Assembly: GCA_016187385.1 (NCBI GenBank)
Contig: JACPJU010000001.1
Location: forward strand, 8,348 to 72,347
Length of the DNA: 64,000 nt
Direction of reading: 5' to 3'
Source: Candidatus Aenigmatarchaeota archaeon
GTDB lineage: Archaea > Aenigmatarchaeota > Aenigmatarchaeia > CG10238-14 > SCSR01
Below, in pieces: positions 16,931 through 27,372 of this stretch. The position numbers and the translations under genes are program-made. Numbering within the stretch: the stretch's first letter is position 1; the number at the start of each line of letters is the position of its first letter. The notes below the pieces were generated by a model. It saw only the letters and a program-made list of their open reading frames with translations. It was not told the DNA's origin and ran no database searches.

Positions 16931-18217
16931 ATGCTGGACATCAAATCAGTCAGGGAGAACCCGCTTTCAATCAAGGAGAATCTTGAAAAAAGAAAAGACC
17001 CGGCAAAAATAAAGCTTCTCGACGAACTGCTGAAGGTTGACATAGAATGGAGAAAGCTTCAGACCGAAACAAACAAACTAAGACAAAAAAGAAATCAATT
17101 GAGCGTAGAAATCGCCAAACAAAAGAAACTTGGAAAACCAGCGAAAAAGGAACTTGCCGAAGCGAAGAAGGTTGATGCTTCAATAGGGAAATCCGAGAAA
17201 AAACTGTCACAACTCGAAGCCAATGAAAAATCTCTATTGATGAACATCCCGAACATGCTTCACTGGAGCGTGCCTATTGGCAAGGATGACTCGGATAATG
17301 TCGAAGTCAGAAAATGGGGTGAACAACCGAAATTTGATTTCGAACCAAAAGACCACTTGACAATTCTTCAGAATCTTGACTTGATAGATGTTGAAAGAGG
17401 GGCCAAGATAGCGGGCGAGAGATTCTATTACATGAAAGGTGACTTGGTTCTCTTGGATATGGCACTGCAAAAATTCGCATTGGACGTCCTGAGGAAGAAA
17501 GGTTTTACAATTATTTCACCCCCGCTGATGATTAGAAGGAAACCGTACGAAGGTGTGACGGATTTAACAGATTTTGAAATGGTTACATACAAGATCGAAA
17601 ATGAGGATGCGTATCTGATAGCCACGAGCGAACATCCGATAGCTGCAATGTTTCTGGACGAAGTATTGGATGTCAAAAAACTTCCACTGATGTTTGCCGG
17701 AGTCTCTCCATGTTTCAGAAAAGAAGTCGGTACACATGGAAAGTATACAAAGGGTTTATTTAGAATGCATCACTTCAACAAAGTCGAACAATTTGTTTTC
17801 TCTCTACCTGAACAATCATGGAAGTTGCACGAAGAAATCCAAAGGAATTGCGAGCTTTTGTATCAATCGTTGGGGTTGCATTATCGTATTGTCAATGTCT
17901 GCACTGGTGATATTGGTAGCATAGCCGCGAAGAAATATGACACAGAAGTTTGGATGTCTGACGGGCAGTTTAGAGAAGTTGGTAGCAATTCTAATTGTAC
18001 AGATTATCAGGCCAGAAGACTGGGAATAAGATTCAGAGAAGGCGAAGGTAAGCCCGTGAAAGGATTTGTACACACTCTGAATAATACTGCATTAGCAACA
18101 AGCAGGGTAATGATTGCCATAATAGAACAATTCCAACAAAAGGATGGCAGCGTTGTTATTCCCAGGGTGTTGAGACCATACATGTTCGGAATCGAAAAGT
18201 TGGAAAAGAAACGATAG
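16931..18217 (+). CDS. serS: Seryl-tRNA synthetase
   Basis: 428 aa. N-terminal coiled-coil arm (LDIKSVRENP...KLRQKRNQLSVEI). Class II motifs, e.g. FRKE (motif 2 region) and GLGxxR-like motif 3. Confidence 0.9.
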   Translation: MLDIKSVRENPLSIKENLEKRKDPAKIKLLDELLKVDIEWRKLQTETNKLRQKRNQLSVEIAKQKKLGKPAKKELAEAKKVDASIGKSEKKLSQLEANEKSLLMNIPNMLHWSVPIGKDDSDNVEVRKWGEQPKFDFEPKDHLTILQNLDLIDVERGAKIAGERFYYMKGDLVLLDMALQKFALDVLRKKGFTIISPPLMIRRKPYEGVTDLTDFEMVTYKIENEDAYLIATSEHPIAAMFLDEVLDVKKLPLMFAGVSPCFRKEVGTHGKYTKGLFRMHHFNKVEQFVFSLPEQSWKLHEEIQRNCELLYQSLGLHYRIVNVCTGDIGSIAAKKYDTEVWMSDGQFREVGSNSNCTDYQARRLGIRFREGEGKPVKGFVHTLNNTALATSRVMIAIIEQFQQKDGSVVIPRVLRPYMFGIEKLEKKR

Positions 18218-18218
18218 T

Positions 18219-19355
18219 ATGAGAAGAACTTTCTACATTCTTCTTGTTGCAGTTTTTGCAAGTCAACTCACTATTGGTGTTGTTAATGTTATCTTGCCGC
18301 TCTATTTCCGAAGCTTGAAAATGGACATGACAAACTTGAATTTAATTTTCACCGTTTTTGAATTCACACTGCTCTTCGCGATGGCATTCATTGGCAAAAT
18401 ATCCGATGTTATTGGAAGGAAATATATTGTTGCATTCTCGCTTTTGCTACACACCATAGTATCTTATCTTAATGTCGTGTCAACGAAAATTCTTGAATTT
18501 GCCGTGTTGCGCGCAATAAGGTCTTTTGCGACAGTTACAGACAATGTAGTTGCACCAGCTTACGTCGCAGACATCTTCAGAAACGGGCGAGGAATGAAAA
18601 TCGGCTTCTTGAATGCGTTCAGGCATTCCGGAGTTGCTATAGGAGGTCTGATAGGTGGTGTCATTTTTGGGTTGCTCGGATTCAAATATGCATTCTATCT
18701 GACATCGGGAATTACATTTATGGTTTTCTTATTTTCTGTCACATTAATGAAGGAGCCCGTCAAAGAAATTCCGAAAGTCAATTTCAACAGGAATTTGTCG
18801 AAGGACCTCATAAGACTTGCATTAGTAAGCGTGATAATATGGGCAGGCGTTAGGGCAATAACACCGACACTATTTCCTGTTTATATTTCAGAGGTATTCC
18901 ATCAATCACCAGCTATAGTCGGTCTTATTATCGGTGTTGGAACTCTGGGATTCTCTTTGTTCAATATTGTTGGCGGTAAGATGATACATTCTTTAGGTAT
19001 CAAAAAAACGACCTTGATCTCCATATCAATATACGCGGTAGCTTCTCTGATGTTATATTTCTCAAATAATTTGATACTATCATCCATCCTATTCTTCATT
19101 GTGATGTCTGCATTCGGATTGAGCAATACTGGATTTTCAACATGGTCTGTTCTTCTTTCGCGCGACCATAAAAGGGCCCAGGACATTGGCATATACAGGA
19201 TGATTGCCGGCATAGGCGCGATTCCGGGACTTTTAATAAGCGGCTTGCTAGCTGACTTTTTTGGGTTTAAGTCTGTCTTTCTATTCGCGGCGATTGTTTT
19301 CATAGCTTCGTTGGTTTCGACCAAGATATTTTTGCAAGATGTTAAAACAGTCTAG
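18219..19355 (+). CDS. MFS-type transporter
   Basis: 378 aa, about 12 hydrophobic segments. GRKYIV (MFS loop 2-3 G-R-[KR] motif). Confidence 0.7.
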   Translation: MRRTFYILLVAVFASQLTIGVVNVILPLYFRSLKMDMTNLNLIFTVFEFTLLFAMAFIGKISDVIGRKYIVAFSLLLHTIVSYLNVVSTKILEFAVLRAIRSFATVTDNVVAPAYVADIFRNGRGMKIGFLNAFRHSGVAIGGLIGGVIFGLLGFKYAFYLTSGITFMVFLFSVTLMKEPVKEIPKVNFNRNLSKDLIRLALVSVIIWAGVRAITPTLFPVYISEVFHQSPAIVGLIIGVGTLGFSLFNIVGGKMIHSLGIKKTTLISISIYAVASLMLYFSNNLILSSILFFIVMSAFGLSNTGFSTWSVLLSRDHKRAQDIGIYRMIAGIGAIPGLLISGLLADFFGFKSVFLFAAIVFIASLVSTKIFLQDVKTV

Positions 19356-20229
19356 TCAGAAGGAAAATCAGATCTCCATAAAATAATGTGGTTAAAATCG
19401 CTAACGGGAATGCCGCTGCAAATGGCACACCAAGTTTTATGTCAACGTATTTTTTGCCGGATTTTTTCAATGATTTGATTTGCTCGGCTGTGACGCCAAC
19501 CAGTTTTTTCTCTCCCAACAACATGTCGCCAACCTTCAAGCCCGAGACAGGAACTTTCTTTCTGAATCCATACGATTCTATAGATTTGGCGAATCTCCAA
19601 ATGATGTACATAGCAAAACAGGCAAGCAAAGGATAAACAGAAATATACAGAGCTCGCTCAAAATCAAACGAACCATATAGAAGTTTTGTAATGTTGACGC
19701 TGCCAACATAAAATAAGACGAACAATCCTACAGAACCCATTACAAGAATGTTCATGCTGGCTTTCAAATCTTTTACAAATCCGAAAATTACTTTTCTGTT
19801 TCTCAGAGCATAGACAAGACCGTATAACAGCATGTAAACAGCACCCACGATGAACAGATTGACCAGATAACTTATGGGAAACGGAAGTATTGTTTTTGAA
19901 AATACGCTCGGCACAAACGGCAAAATGAAACCAACCGACGACAAAATCAACGAATCGGCGCCTCCCCATTGTCCTGTGTAATACATGAAACCGCCGAATG
20001 CGAGAAAACCAAGACCATAAATCAAGCTCCACAATACAGGCCAGTAGCTTCCTTCGGCGATGGACAAGTAGCCGTTGAACAGCAATCCGAAAGCTATCAT
20101 AACATAGAGAAGTTGGTCAGGAACTTCTGTTGTCTTCAAGTCCCATATTGCAGCTATTGTTGTTCCAGTAAAAGCAACTGCTAGAGGAATATATTCGACG
20201 ACCATCAAGATAACTTGAATTTTTTTCAA
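19342..20229 (-). CDS. A24-family prepilin/preflagellin peptidase-like membrane protein
   Basis: Polytopic membrane protein with conserved Asp in TM1 (AAIWDLKTTEVPD) and a GGADxxIL motif (GQWGGADSLILS), as in PibD/FlaK. Confidence 0.55.
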   Translation of the reverse strand: MKKIQVILMVVEYIPLAVAFTGTTIAAIWDLKTTEVPDQLLYVMIAFGLLFNGYLSIAEGSYWPVLWSLIYGLGFLAFGGFMYYTGQWGGADSLILSSVGFILPFVPSVFSKTILPFPISYLVNLFIVGAVYMLLYGLVYALRNRKVIFGFVKDLKASMNILVMGSVGLFVLFYVGSVNITKLLYGSFDFERALYISVYPLLACFAMYIIWRFAKSIESYGFRKKVPVSGLKVGDMLLGEKKLVGVTAEQIKSLKKSGKKYVDIKLGVPFAAAFPLAILTTLFYGDLIFLLTRLF

Positions 20230-20298
20230 TATATTGATGATGGTTAGTTCTACAAATCTTTTTTAGTTTAACTGACTCTATAAGATTAACAGTTAAGG

Positions 20299-20874
20299 AT
20301 GTTGCATATGAGTACTCTGACAATGTTAAAGGAACATCTAGAATCCCTTTCCGGGATCGAAACTGTTAATTTTCGTCAAGAAAACCATTATCCAAAGACT
20401 GATGGTATATGGACAGAATTTGTCAGGATCGATGTTGTTCCGTCTGGGCTTTTTAAAAATGGTGTATACAGGGAAAATGAATTAACAGAACTGGCCAAAA
20501 AATTGGTTCCTCCTAATTTACAACCAAACGATGAGATTGGGTGCAGAGCAGAACTTGGGACACTAATATACCCAAAATTATTTTTCGATGAAGAAATTCC
20601 GGGAGAAGAACTCGATGGAAAATATGACAGTTCAGGACAATATCTTAGAAGAATTGTTGTAACAGGTTATCCACATATGAAAATCGCCGAAGAAGCTTCA
20701 CGAAGTATATGGTATAAATATGCATCTAGGATTCCTGAAGATGTTCTGGCAACTTATGATCATAAACGAAGAATTTACATACCAAGCTTAAACTTGCAAA
20801 CACAACCAGAAACAAAGTATGTTGCACGATTTGAAATTTTAAAGAGGATTAGAGGACTCTTGCCAGCACATTAA
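20299..20874 (+). CDS. Hypothetical protein
   Basis: 191-aa ORF. Confidence 0.4.
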   Translation: MLHMSTLTMLKEHLESLSGIETVNFRQENHYPKTDGIWTEFVRIDVVPSGLFKNGVYRENELTELAKKLVPPNLQPNDEIGCRAELGTLIYPKLFFDEEIPGEELDGKYDSSGQYLRRIVVTGYPHMKIAEEASRSIWYKYASRIPEDVLATYDHKRRIYIPSLNLQTQPETKYVARFEILKRIRGLLPAH

Positions 20875-21177
20875 CCGTATCTCTTGAATCCAAGACTGGA
20901 AGCTATCTCGCGTATGCATCTGCGGCAATAGTACAAATCATACTTCCTGATAACGCCGCGATGAGTTTTACATCTTCGGCATTCACGAGTAGCTTTCCCG
21001 AACTTCTTGGTCGTTTAACCACCTGTATTGCCAAGAACAGTGAGAACTTCCATGTTGCCTGTGAATTCCAATTCCATTATCTTTTCGAAAACACGGGTAT
21101 AAGTTTGCGGGAAATCCTTGTTCCATTCGGCCTGTCTCAAAATAGAGCCGCTGACTTCAATTACCATATCCATCAAT

Positions 21178-21684
21178 TCACTCAACATTAACACCTCTCC
21201 GCTTAAGCCAATTTATCGCGTCTTCTTTATAAATCTTATGCGACTTGCCTATTATACTCTTTTTGATCCTGCGCTTCTTGATGTGGAAGCCGGGTCTTTC
21301 CAAAGTCACTGCAACATCCAGACCAAACATCCCTATCTGCGGAGAATAACGAACATTTGGAAGATCTATGTATTCGCGGACTCCAAGATTGATGTTGCCA
21401 GAGCTGTCGACATTGGAATTCTTAACATTGTTGTCAAAAGCTTTCAATGTTCTTTCGAAAAATTCTTCCGCAGGTTTCTTTCTCAATGTAACCTTGACTC
21501 CGAGAGGCTTCCCCTTGGGGATTCCGAATGTTGATCTCTTTTTTGATTTCGTAATTACAGGTTTCCTGTTTGTAAGCATCTCCAGAAGCTTCTGCGCTTT
21601 CTCTATCTTCTGCTTGTCGTCACCGCATCCTATGTTCAAAGTGATTTTTTCAATTCTGATCTGACGCATTGGATTTTCCTGCAT
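21178..21684 (-). CDS. rpl5: Ribosomal protein uL5
   Basis: Start placed at the internal Met (MQENPMRQIRIEKITLNIG), matching the archaeal L5 N-terminus. The ORF extends upstream in-frame to 21780 and would overlap rps4e. Confidence 0.85.
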   Translation of the reverse strand: MQENPMRQIRIEKITLNIGCGDDKQKIEKAQKLLEMLTNRKPVITKSKKRSTFGIPKGKPLGVKVTLRKKPAEEFFERTLKAFDNNVKNSNVDSSGNINLGVREYIDLPNVRYSPQIGMFGLDVAVTLERPGFHIKKRRIKKSIIGKSHKIYKEDAINWLKRRGVNVE

Positions 21685-21692
21685 ACAATACC

Positions 21693-22388
21693 TCAAGCGA
21701 TTTTCATAACAGGCTTGTCCTTGCCCACAACAATGAAGCTGCCCCTTTCGATTATCTTTTCTTCTTTGCCGATCTCGCACAACACTTTAGGCGTTTGTTT
21801 CATGCCGCCTTTAATCAAGTCTTTCACTTTAGCAAGCTTTCCCACATTCTCGCCCTTGACGACCAATCCCGTATTTCCTTTCGTCAGAGGCAAGTGATCG
21901 ATAATTTTGAGTGACGGTAACTCCAAGAGTAGCGAATCCCCTGTCTTATAATTGCCATCGGCTACTAAAATATTTTTACCGTTGTCGAGATTGAGCTGGA
22001 CTTTGCCTTTTTCCAGGACTGTTTTGTTTTTGATCTTGCAGATTTTCATTGATTCTTTTTCATTTATTTCAATTATTTCCAAACCTTTCGGTGTTGGTAT
22101 GACGCGATAACTTTTTTTCAAGCTCGGGATTGAAACCAAGTCGAACAATCCGACTGGATAACCGTAATCTTTTCTTCTCTTGCCGTCGACAAACAGTTCG
22201 CCTTTTCTTATGATTTTTTTGGCTTCTGATGTCGTGTCAGCTATTTTCAGAATGCTTGTAAGGATTATGGACAAAGGTATTGAAGAGAATTTTGGATGGG
22301 GTCCTGGCCTAGGTGTGACTACCCATTTGCTTTCTTTTCTTTTTACCCCCCAAAATTTGGGCGCTAGCAATCTTTTCAAGTGTGGCAT
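21693..22388 (-). CDS. rps4e: Ribosomal protein eS4
   Basis: MPHLKRLLAPKFWGV...: typical S4e N-terminus with S4 and KOW-like regions. Start trimmed to the conserved Met. Confidence 0.85.
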   Translation of the reverse strand: MPHLKRLLAPKFWGVKRKESKWVVTPRPGPHPKFSSIPLSIILTSILKIADTTSEAKKIIRKGELFVDGKRRKDYGYPVGLFDLVSIPSLKKSYRVIPTPKGLEIIEINEKESMKICKIKNKTVLEKGKVQLNLDNGKNILVADGNYKTGDSLLLELPSLKIIDHLPLTKGNTGLVVKGENVGKLAKVKDLIKGGMKQTPKVLCEIGKEEKIIERGSFIVVGKDKPVMKIA

Positions 22389-22499
22389 GCTTTTCAACAA
22401 TTTATTTCAGATATTTATATTGTTTTTATAACATTGAGTGAAAGGCTAGATTTATAAACATTTAAGGGACCTGGAAAACAATTAATTATTTAGAGACTG

Positions 22500-23435
22500 A
22501 TGGGAATACGGGAGCATTTTCATTTCAAAGACACGGCAAAAATTTATATATTGACATGGCAGTTTATTCTGTTGAGATTCGCCTTGATGCTTGTCTTCAT
22601 TGGCATAGCAGTTTTCTATTTTTCTTCTATCCTAGGCGTGGTCTTGAGCCAGATTGGAGTAGATTCGATATTCAAGGTTATATTGTCAGTAGGCAGCATT
22701 TCCACTGCGACATATCTCTATTATCATATTTACAAGCTGTTTTCAAGATACATATTTTACATTGTTAAAAGTGCTCACATCGCGTTAATAACCGATTATA
22801 TCCAGAATGGCAGAACACCCAAATTAAATCAGCTGTTCCAAGGATTCAGGCTGATGAAGGACAGGTTTTTATCGATATCATTGCTTTTTGTTGTTGACAG
22901 GGTTTTAGAAGCTGTGTTGAAGGAAGTACATCAAAGAATAATGAAATTCGGCGCTGACCTCAAGCTGCCGAAAGCATTGACTTACATCATCAGCGGCACC
23001 ATTCACACTGCAACGAACTATGTCGACGAAGCTATACTTGCATATATGTTCACGCGAAAAAACGAGAGTGCGTGGAAGTCTGCTAAGGATGGTTTGATTC
23101 TTTATGTCAAGAATTGGATGTGGATTTTAGCGACTGCTGCTATACTGTCAGCTATTGTATATGGAACGATGGCATTCTTTGGAGTTTATGTATACTTTGA
23201 AGGCATACCATTCAACTCGGCAGGCGTAATCTTGCAATCCATCTATGGCGTAATGACAGTCGGTATAGTTATTCTTGCATATTCTGGAATAGTCCAGCCT
23301 TTTATGGAAATATCTATCATAGTCACTTATCTGAAAGAAATCAAAGGCCAAACACCAGACAGCAAAACATTCCAATGGGTAAAAAACAATTCAAAGAATT
23401 TCTCACGATTGTTAATGCCAAAATTGCCTGTGTAA
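22500..23435 (+). CDS. Hypothetical polytopic membrane protein
   Basis: 311 aa, at least 6 hydrophobic helices. Opposite strand to the flanking ribosomal genes. Confidence 0.4.
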   Translation: MGIREHFHFKDTAKIYILTWQFILLRFALMLVFIGIAVFYFSSILGVVLSQIGVDSIFKVILSVGSISTATYLYYHIYKLFSRYIFYIVKSAHIALITDYIQNGRTPKLNQLFQGFRLMKDRFLSISLLFVVDRVLEAVLKEVHQRIMKFGADLKLPKALTYIISGTIHTATNYVDEAILAYMFTRKNESAWKSAKDGLILYVKNWMWILATAAILSAIVYGTMAFFGVYVYFEGIPFNSAGVILQSIYGVMTVGIVILAYSGIVQPFMEISIIVTYLKEIKGQTPDSKTFQWVKNNSKNFSRLLMPKLPV

Positions 23436-23461
23436 GAAAACATTAAATTATCAAAGGTTAC

Positions 23462-23800
23462 TCACACAGATATTAATTCGAGTTCTGGATCTTGGGCAAC
23501 ACGACCATATATTTTATATTGCCCGTGTCTTAGTTTTATAAATAAATCAACAAATCCTATTTCCGCATCTTCTCTAGAATTCCAATAAATTTGATTTATG
23601 CCATGAGGGAGGGGTTGCCACAAGTCATGTTCAGGGAGAGTGTAGAATGGTACATATGGTTTTATTGGGTCAGAGCCAGGCGGACTTGGATCCCATTCCC
23701 CTAAATGAAGCAATAAATATGTTATAGCTGTATTACCTTGAAGCGTGCCATAAAACTTAGTTGGATCTAAATCGACTCTTTCTGTTCTCAGCGTTCTCAT
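23462..23800 (-). CDS. Hypothetical protein
   Basis: 112 aa, Pro/Trp-rich. Confidence 0.35.
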   Translation of the reverse strand: MRTLRTERVDLDPTKFYGTLQGNTAITYLLLHLGEWDPSPPGSDPIKPYVPFYTLPEHDLWQPLPHGINQIYWNSREDAEIGFVDLFIKLRHGQYKIYGRVAQDPELELISV

Positions 23801-23854
23801 AGTTTATTATTTGAGTGATAATTTTATAAGCTTTTTTGCATCATTCAAAGTTGT

Positions 23855-26800
23855 TTATCCTGTTAGTGGCTTGAACACTTTAACAAAACCAGCTGTTATT
23901 GGATTAGTTGCATTTGTGGCATTCTGGACTACTTCAGATGGTATCGTTATCGCTTGCTCTTGCTGCAGATACTTGGAAAGTATAGAATTTATGAAATCTA
24001 TTATGAAAAGTAGCATTTGCTTGAGTCCGCCCACTTCTTCTTTTGTTTCCTTCACTTCCTTCTTAAGCTCGTCCAACTTTTGAATCATAAGCTCTAGGGC
24101 AGCGGGCGAAATGCCTGAACCTTGGCACGGAACTTTTGTTGCACACTTGTCGACACACGCCTTCAAATCAATCTCTGTCGCAGTGCCTTTGCTGATAGCT
24201 TCCTCGGCTTTCTCAAGAGTTGATGTACATGTGTTGATGCAATCATCATCTGTTACAAAATTAAAGCATTCCCCGACTGGCGTAGCCGCAACAGGCGTAC
24301 ATACTTTTTGAATGCAGTTCTCGCCGCATGAAACTTCCTTGCACGCTGACTCGAAAGGCGTGGACGGTACATAACCTTGGTATTCATATCCTTCCTTGTA
24401 TTGCAGGACAACACCTTGGACTACTTCGGCCTTTTCATAAGAAGTGCTGCTGGCTTCCAAATGAATTATGTATTTTCCTTCCGTACATTCGTATTTGCTT
24501 ATGAATTGATTGCCTGTGTATCTTTTCAAGCGATAGTCGTAGTATAAGGTGAATTGCTTGACGCACCCTTTGAGTTCTTCTGTCGGGCTTAGGGTGCCGT
24601 CGATTGCAGCGAATTCCACAGATTTACCATTTTCATCCTTCACTTCAGCGTACATAACAAGATTGGCAGCGTCTACTTGGCTGTCCATACGGAATCCTGT
24701 TTCAATAAAGAGCTTGGCCAGTGCTAAATCAAATTCTTTCAATATCTCCGCATCGGCATAACCTGGAGCATTCACTGTCAATTTCAAAGCATACTCGCCT
24801 GTTGAACATTCTGATGGTATGTACGGGCTGTCCAAGAAATATCTTTGAATGAATTCACCTTTGTATAAGACAGGTTTCACCGGCGACAGATAGATTCTGC
24901 ATACAGAAGGCTTGTAGAATCCTTCCTTGGTAGCTGGTTCTGCAAATAACGGAAACACTTCTCCGGAAACCCAGGCGTCTTTCGCAACAGTTCCATTTGG
25001 ATACGTGACTAGAATCTTCATGTACATCCTATCGTTTGGCTTGTAGCTGGTTTTGTCCAGCGAAACTTCGACATTCAGTTTCTGCTTGGTGATTTCTATA
25101 GCTTTTGTAAGCACGATCTCTTCGGGATGTTTAGAGATTTTAATTTCCATGGTGTAATTGCCGACAGCGAACCAATCCTCGACTGTCCAAGATTCTATTT
25201 CATAAAAGCCGTCTTTGAATGTTGTTGACAGGTATCGAGTGGCAAATCCCTGCGGGTCTTTTACTTGTATGCCGACTGAAGCATCTTTAACTGTTTCACC
25301 GTCTTTATCGTAAACTTTTATTCTTCCTTTCAAGACATCCTTCGGGCTTAGGACATTCTTTTCGAGCACAACATCGGCATTCAAACCCCTCTTGCCTACA
25401 GTAATGGTTGTGCTGGCGTTTGCTTTCTGCTCTTTCCATGTCGTGCTGACTGTGAACTGATATTTCTTTCCCACGCTGTCATAGTCGAGATAATATTTGT
25501 AAATGTACACATCACCGAGTATGGAGGGATATATGACCTGTAAAAGCTTGCCGGTGTCTCCGTCGCGAAGCTCGCCTGTAAGATACAAATCTTTGATGGC
25601 ATTTCCCAAGGCATCTTTCGCTGTTACAGTCAATGCTACAGAATCTCCCGAGAAGTAATCTTTTTTATCTGCAGTTATCGTGAAGGTTTGTATCGTCGGT
25701 TTGATTACTTTCAATGAAGCGTCTGCGCTTGTGGTTTTGAAATCAGAGTGAGAAACTTCTATGGATAAAGTATAATCGCCTGTTGAGATGCTCTCGCTGA
25801 GATAGTATGAAGCCTTGTAGCAATCGCATAGGGAAGAATAGAAGAAATAGAGATTGTATGTTTTTGGTCCAGTAAGGTTGCCTTTTATGTAAGCGTCTGT
25901 GACAAGCTTGCCTGAAGCGTCTGTTACAGTAATTTTAGGATCTAGGAATTCGTTAGGATAATATGTCGTCTTTGGTAAGTTGATTTTTATTTGTATAGAT
26001 TGCTTGCCGCTTGTGACAGCTACGCTCGTGCCTTTACCGACATTGCCAGCGTCGTCCTTGCATTCAAAATAAATATTGTGAGTGCCTTCCGGCAAGCCAC
26101 TAGCAAATGTGTAAGACGCTGCTCCGCTAGAAACTGTTGCTGTGTAGTTGGCGTCATTCTTTACAAGCTTGCATTCTTTGACGCCTATGTTGTCCGAGAC
26201 TGTTGCTGAAAAGGTTGATTGTTTGTTTGGTGTTACTGAAGTTGGGCTGGCGCTTCCGACAGCAGGAGATGTTGTGTCTGATGGTTGCGTTATTTGCGTT
26301 GCCAAAGTTGTAAAAGTGTTATCACCTGACACGCCTTGATTGTTTGAAACGTCCTTCGACTTTACTCGATAATGGTAAGTTGTTGATGAGGATAAGCCGG
26401 TCAAAGTAAATTTATGCGATGTCTTCAGGGTAGAATTGCTACCAACACTTCCGTAGTTCGTGTCTTTTCCATATTCCAATTCTGACGTAGCGCTTTCGTC
26501 TGTTGTCCACGATATGGCTGCAGATTCGTTTGTTATGCTTGATGCGGAGATGGATGAAATAGATGGTGCTGTCGTGTCTGATGACGGCGATGCTGTAGTT
26601 GCGAATGACGAACTTGCTGTTGCTTGAACACCGGAAGCGTCTCTTGACTTGGCCCGGTAATAATATGTTGTCGATGAAGATAAGCCGGTCAAAGTAACTG
26701 TATGGGATGTTGTCATGCTTTCGTTAGTGACATTGGTGCCGTATGTTGTGTCTTTGCCGTATTCGATTTCTGTAGTCGAACTGTTATCGGTTGTCCAAGT

Positions 26801-26914
26801 TATAGTCACTAATTCGTGTGTTGCAGTTACAGAAGACGGTGGTATGATGCTTAAAGCCAAGACCGTGGGGATAACTGAAAGAAATAGGAATATAAATACC
26901 AGTATCTTTTTCAC
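23855..26914 (-). CDS. Large secreted or surface multi-domain protein (signal peptide, 2x FN3-like repeats, multiple Ig-like beta domains, C-terminal Cys-rich module and coiled coil)
   Basis: 1019 aa. N-terminus MKKILVFIFLFLSVIPTVLALS is signal-peptide-like. Two about 95-aa repeats with TITWTTD...EIEYGKDTTYG...TTYYYRAKSRD (FN3 / purple-acid-phosphatase-N-like). A long Thr/Ser/Val-rich beta region. C-terminus has more than 15 Cys in about 90 aa, followed by a heptad-like KLDELKKEVKETKEEV and a hydrophobic stretch MLLFIIDFINSIL. Confidence 0.7.
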   Translation of the reverse strand: MKKILVFIFLFLSVIPTVLALSIIPPSSVTATHELVTITWTTDNSSTTEIEYGKDTTYGTNVTNESMTTSHTVTLTGLSSSTTYYYRAKSRDASGVQATASSSFATTASPSSDTTAPSISSISASSITNESAAISWTTDESATSELEYGKDTNYGSVGSNSTLKTSHKFTLTGLSSSTTYHYRVKSKDVSNNQGVSGDNTFTTLATQITQPSDTTSPAVGSASPTSVTPNKQSTFSATVSDNIGVKECKLVKNDANYTATVSSGAASYTFASGLPEGTHNIYFECKDDAGNVGKGTSVAVTSGKQSIQIKINLPKTTYYPNEFLDPKITVTDASGKLVTDAYIKGNLTGPKTYNLYFFYSSLCDCYKASYYLSESISTGDYTLSIEVSHSDFKTTSADASLKVIKPTIQTFTITADKKDYFSGDSVALTVTAKDALGNAIKDLYLTGELRDGDTGKLLQVIYPSILGDVYIYKYYLDYDSVGKKYQFTVSTTWKEQKANASTTITVGKRGLNADVVLEKNVLSPKDVLKGRIKVYDKDGETVKDASVGIQVKDPQGFATRYLSTTFKDGFYEIESWTVEDWFAVGNYTMEIKISKHPEEIVLTKAIEITKQKLNVEVSLDKTSYKPNDRMYMKILVTYPNGTVAKDAWVSGEVFPLFAEPATKEGFYKPSVCRIYLSPVKPVLYKGEFIQRYFLDSPYIPSECSTGEYALKLTVNAPGYADAEILKEFDLALAKLFIETGFRMDSQVDAANLVMYAEVKDENGKSVEFAAIDGTLSPTEELKGCVKQFTLYYDYRLKRYTGNQFISKYECTEGKYIIHLEASSTSYEKAEVVQGVVLQYKEGYEYQGYVPSTPFESACKEVSCGENCIQKVCTPVAATPVGECFNFVTDDDCINTCTSTLEKAEEAISKGTATEIDLKACVDKCATKVPCQGSGISPAALELMIQKLDELKKEVKETKEEVGGLKQMLLFIIDFINSILSKYLQQEQAITIPSEVVQNATNATNPITAGFVKVFKPLTG

Positions 26915-26964
26915 TATCCCACTAGAAACTAATTTGGATTTTCTTATAAATAAGGTTAGAAAGA

Positions 26965-27372
26965 TTATTTGGACTGAACTGTGGATGGTTGCTCTGTGAC
27001 TATTTTGACTCCTTTCCTTTCTATTATCTTTTGTCTTTTCTTGTCATCAAGATTCAAGCTTATTATCTTGAGCTTGCTCGGACTCAACGAAATCTGGGCT
27101 TCAGTACCAACGGTTCTCTTTCTTGTCACGCCTTCGAGATAAACGCGATATTTCTTGAAATTGACTCGTGCTATCTTTCCTGTCTTACCTTTCAGTTTTC
27201 CGCTCATCACCTGGACCTCATCGCCTTTCCTTACTGGCATTGCCCTTCGCTTGTATTTTTCGCGCAATTCTTTTGACAAATGGGATGATAATATCTTTCT
27301 TTTGAGATGCAACGGTGCTGTGTGCAAGAACTTTCTCTGCTTCCCTGGTTTTTTTGATTTTGGTCGTTTCAT
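26965..27372 (-). CDS. rpl24: Ribosomal protein uL24
   Basis: KOW motif region PVRKGDEVQVMSGKLKGKTGKI. Position is downstream of rpl14, as expected. Confidence 0.85.
   Translation of the reverse strand: MKRPKSKKPGKQRKFLHTAPLHLKRKILSSHLSKELREKYKRRAMPVRKGDEVQVMSGKLKGKTGKIARVNFKKYRVYLEGVTRKRTVGTEAQISLSPSKLKIISLNLDDKKRQKIIERKGVKIVTEQPSTVQSK

Noticed and set aside
20961-21914. Several plus-strand ORFs (20961..21191, 21118..21534, 21368..21664, 21669..21914)
   Set aside because: They are antisense shadows of rpl5/rps4e. The ribosomal-protein reading frames on the minus strand carry the recognisable motifs.
24111-26339. Short plus-strand ORFs inside the 1019-aa gene
   Set aside because: They are shadows within a long, well-supported minus-strand ORF.
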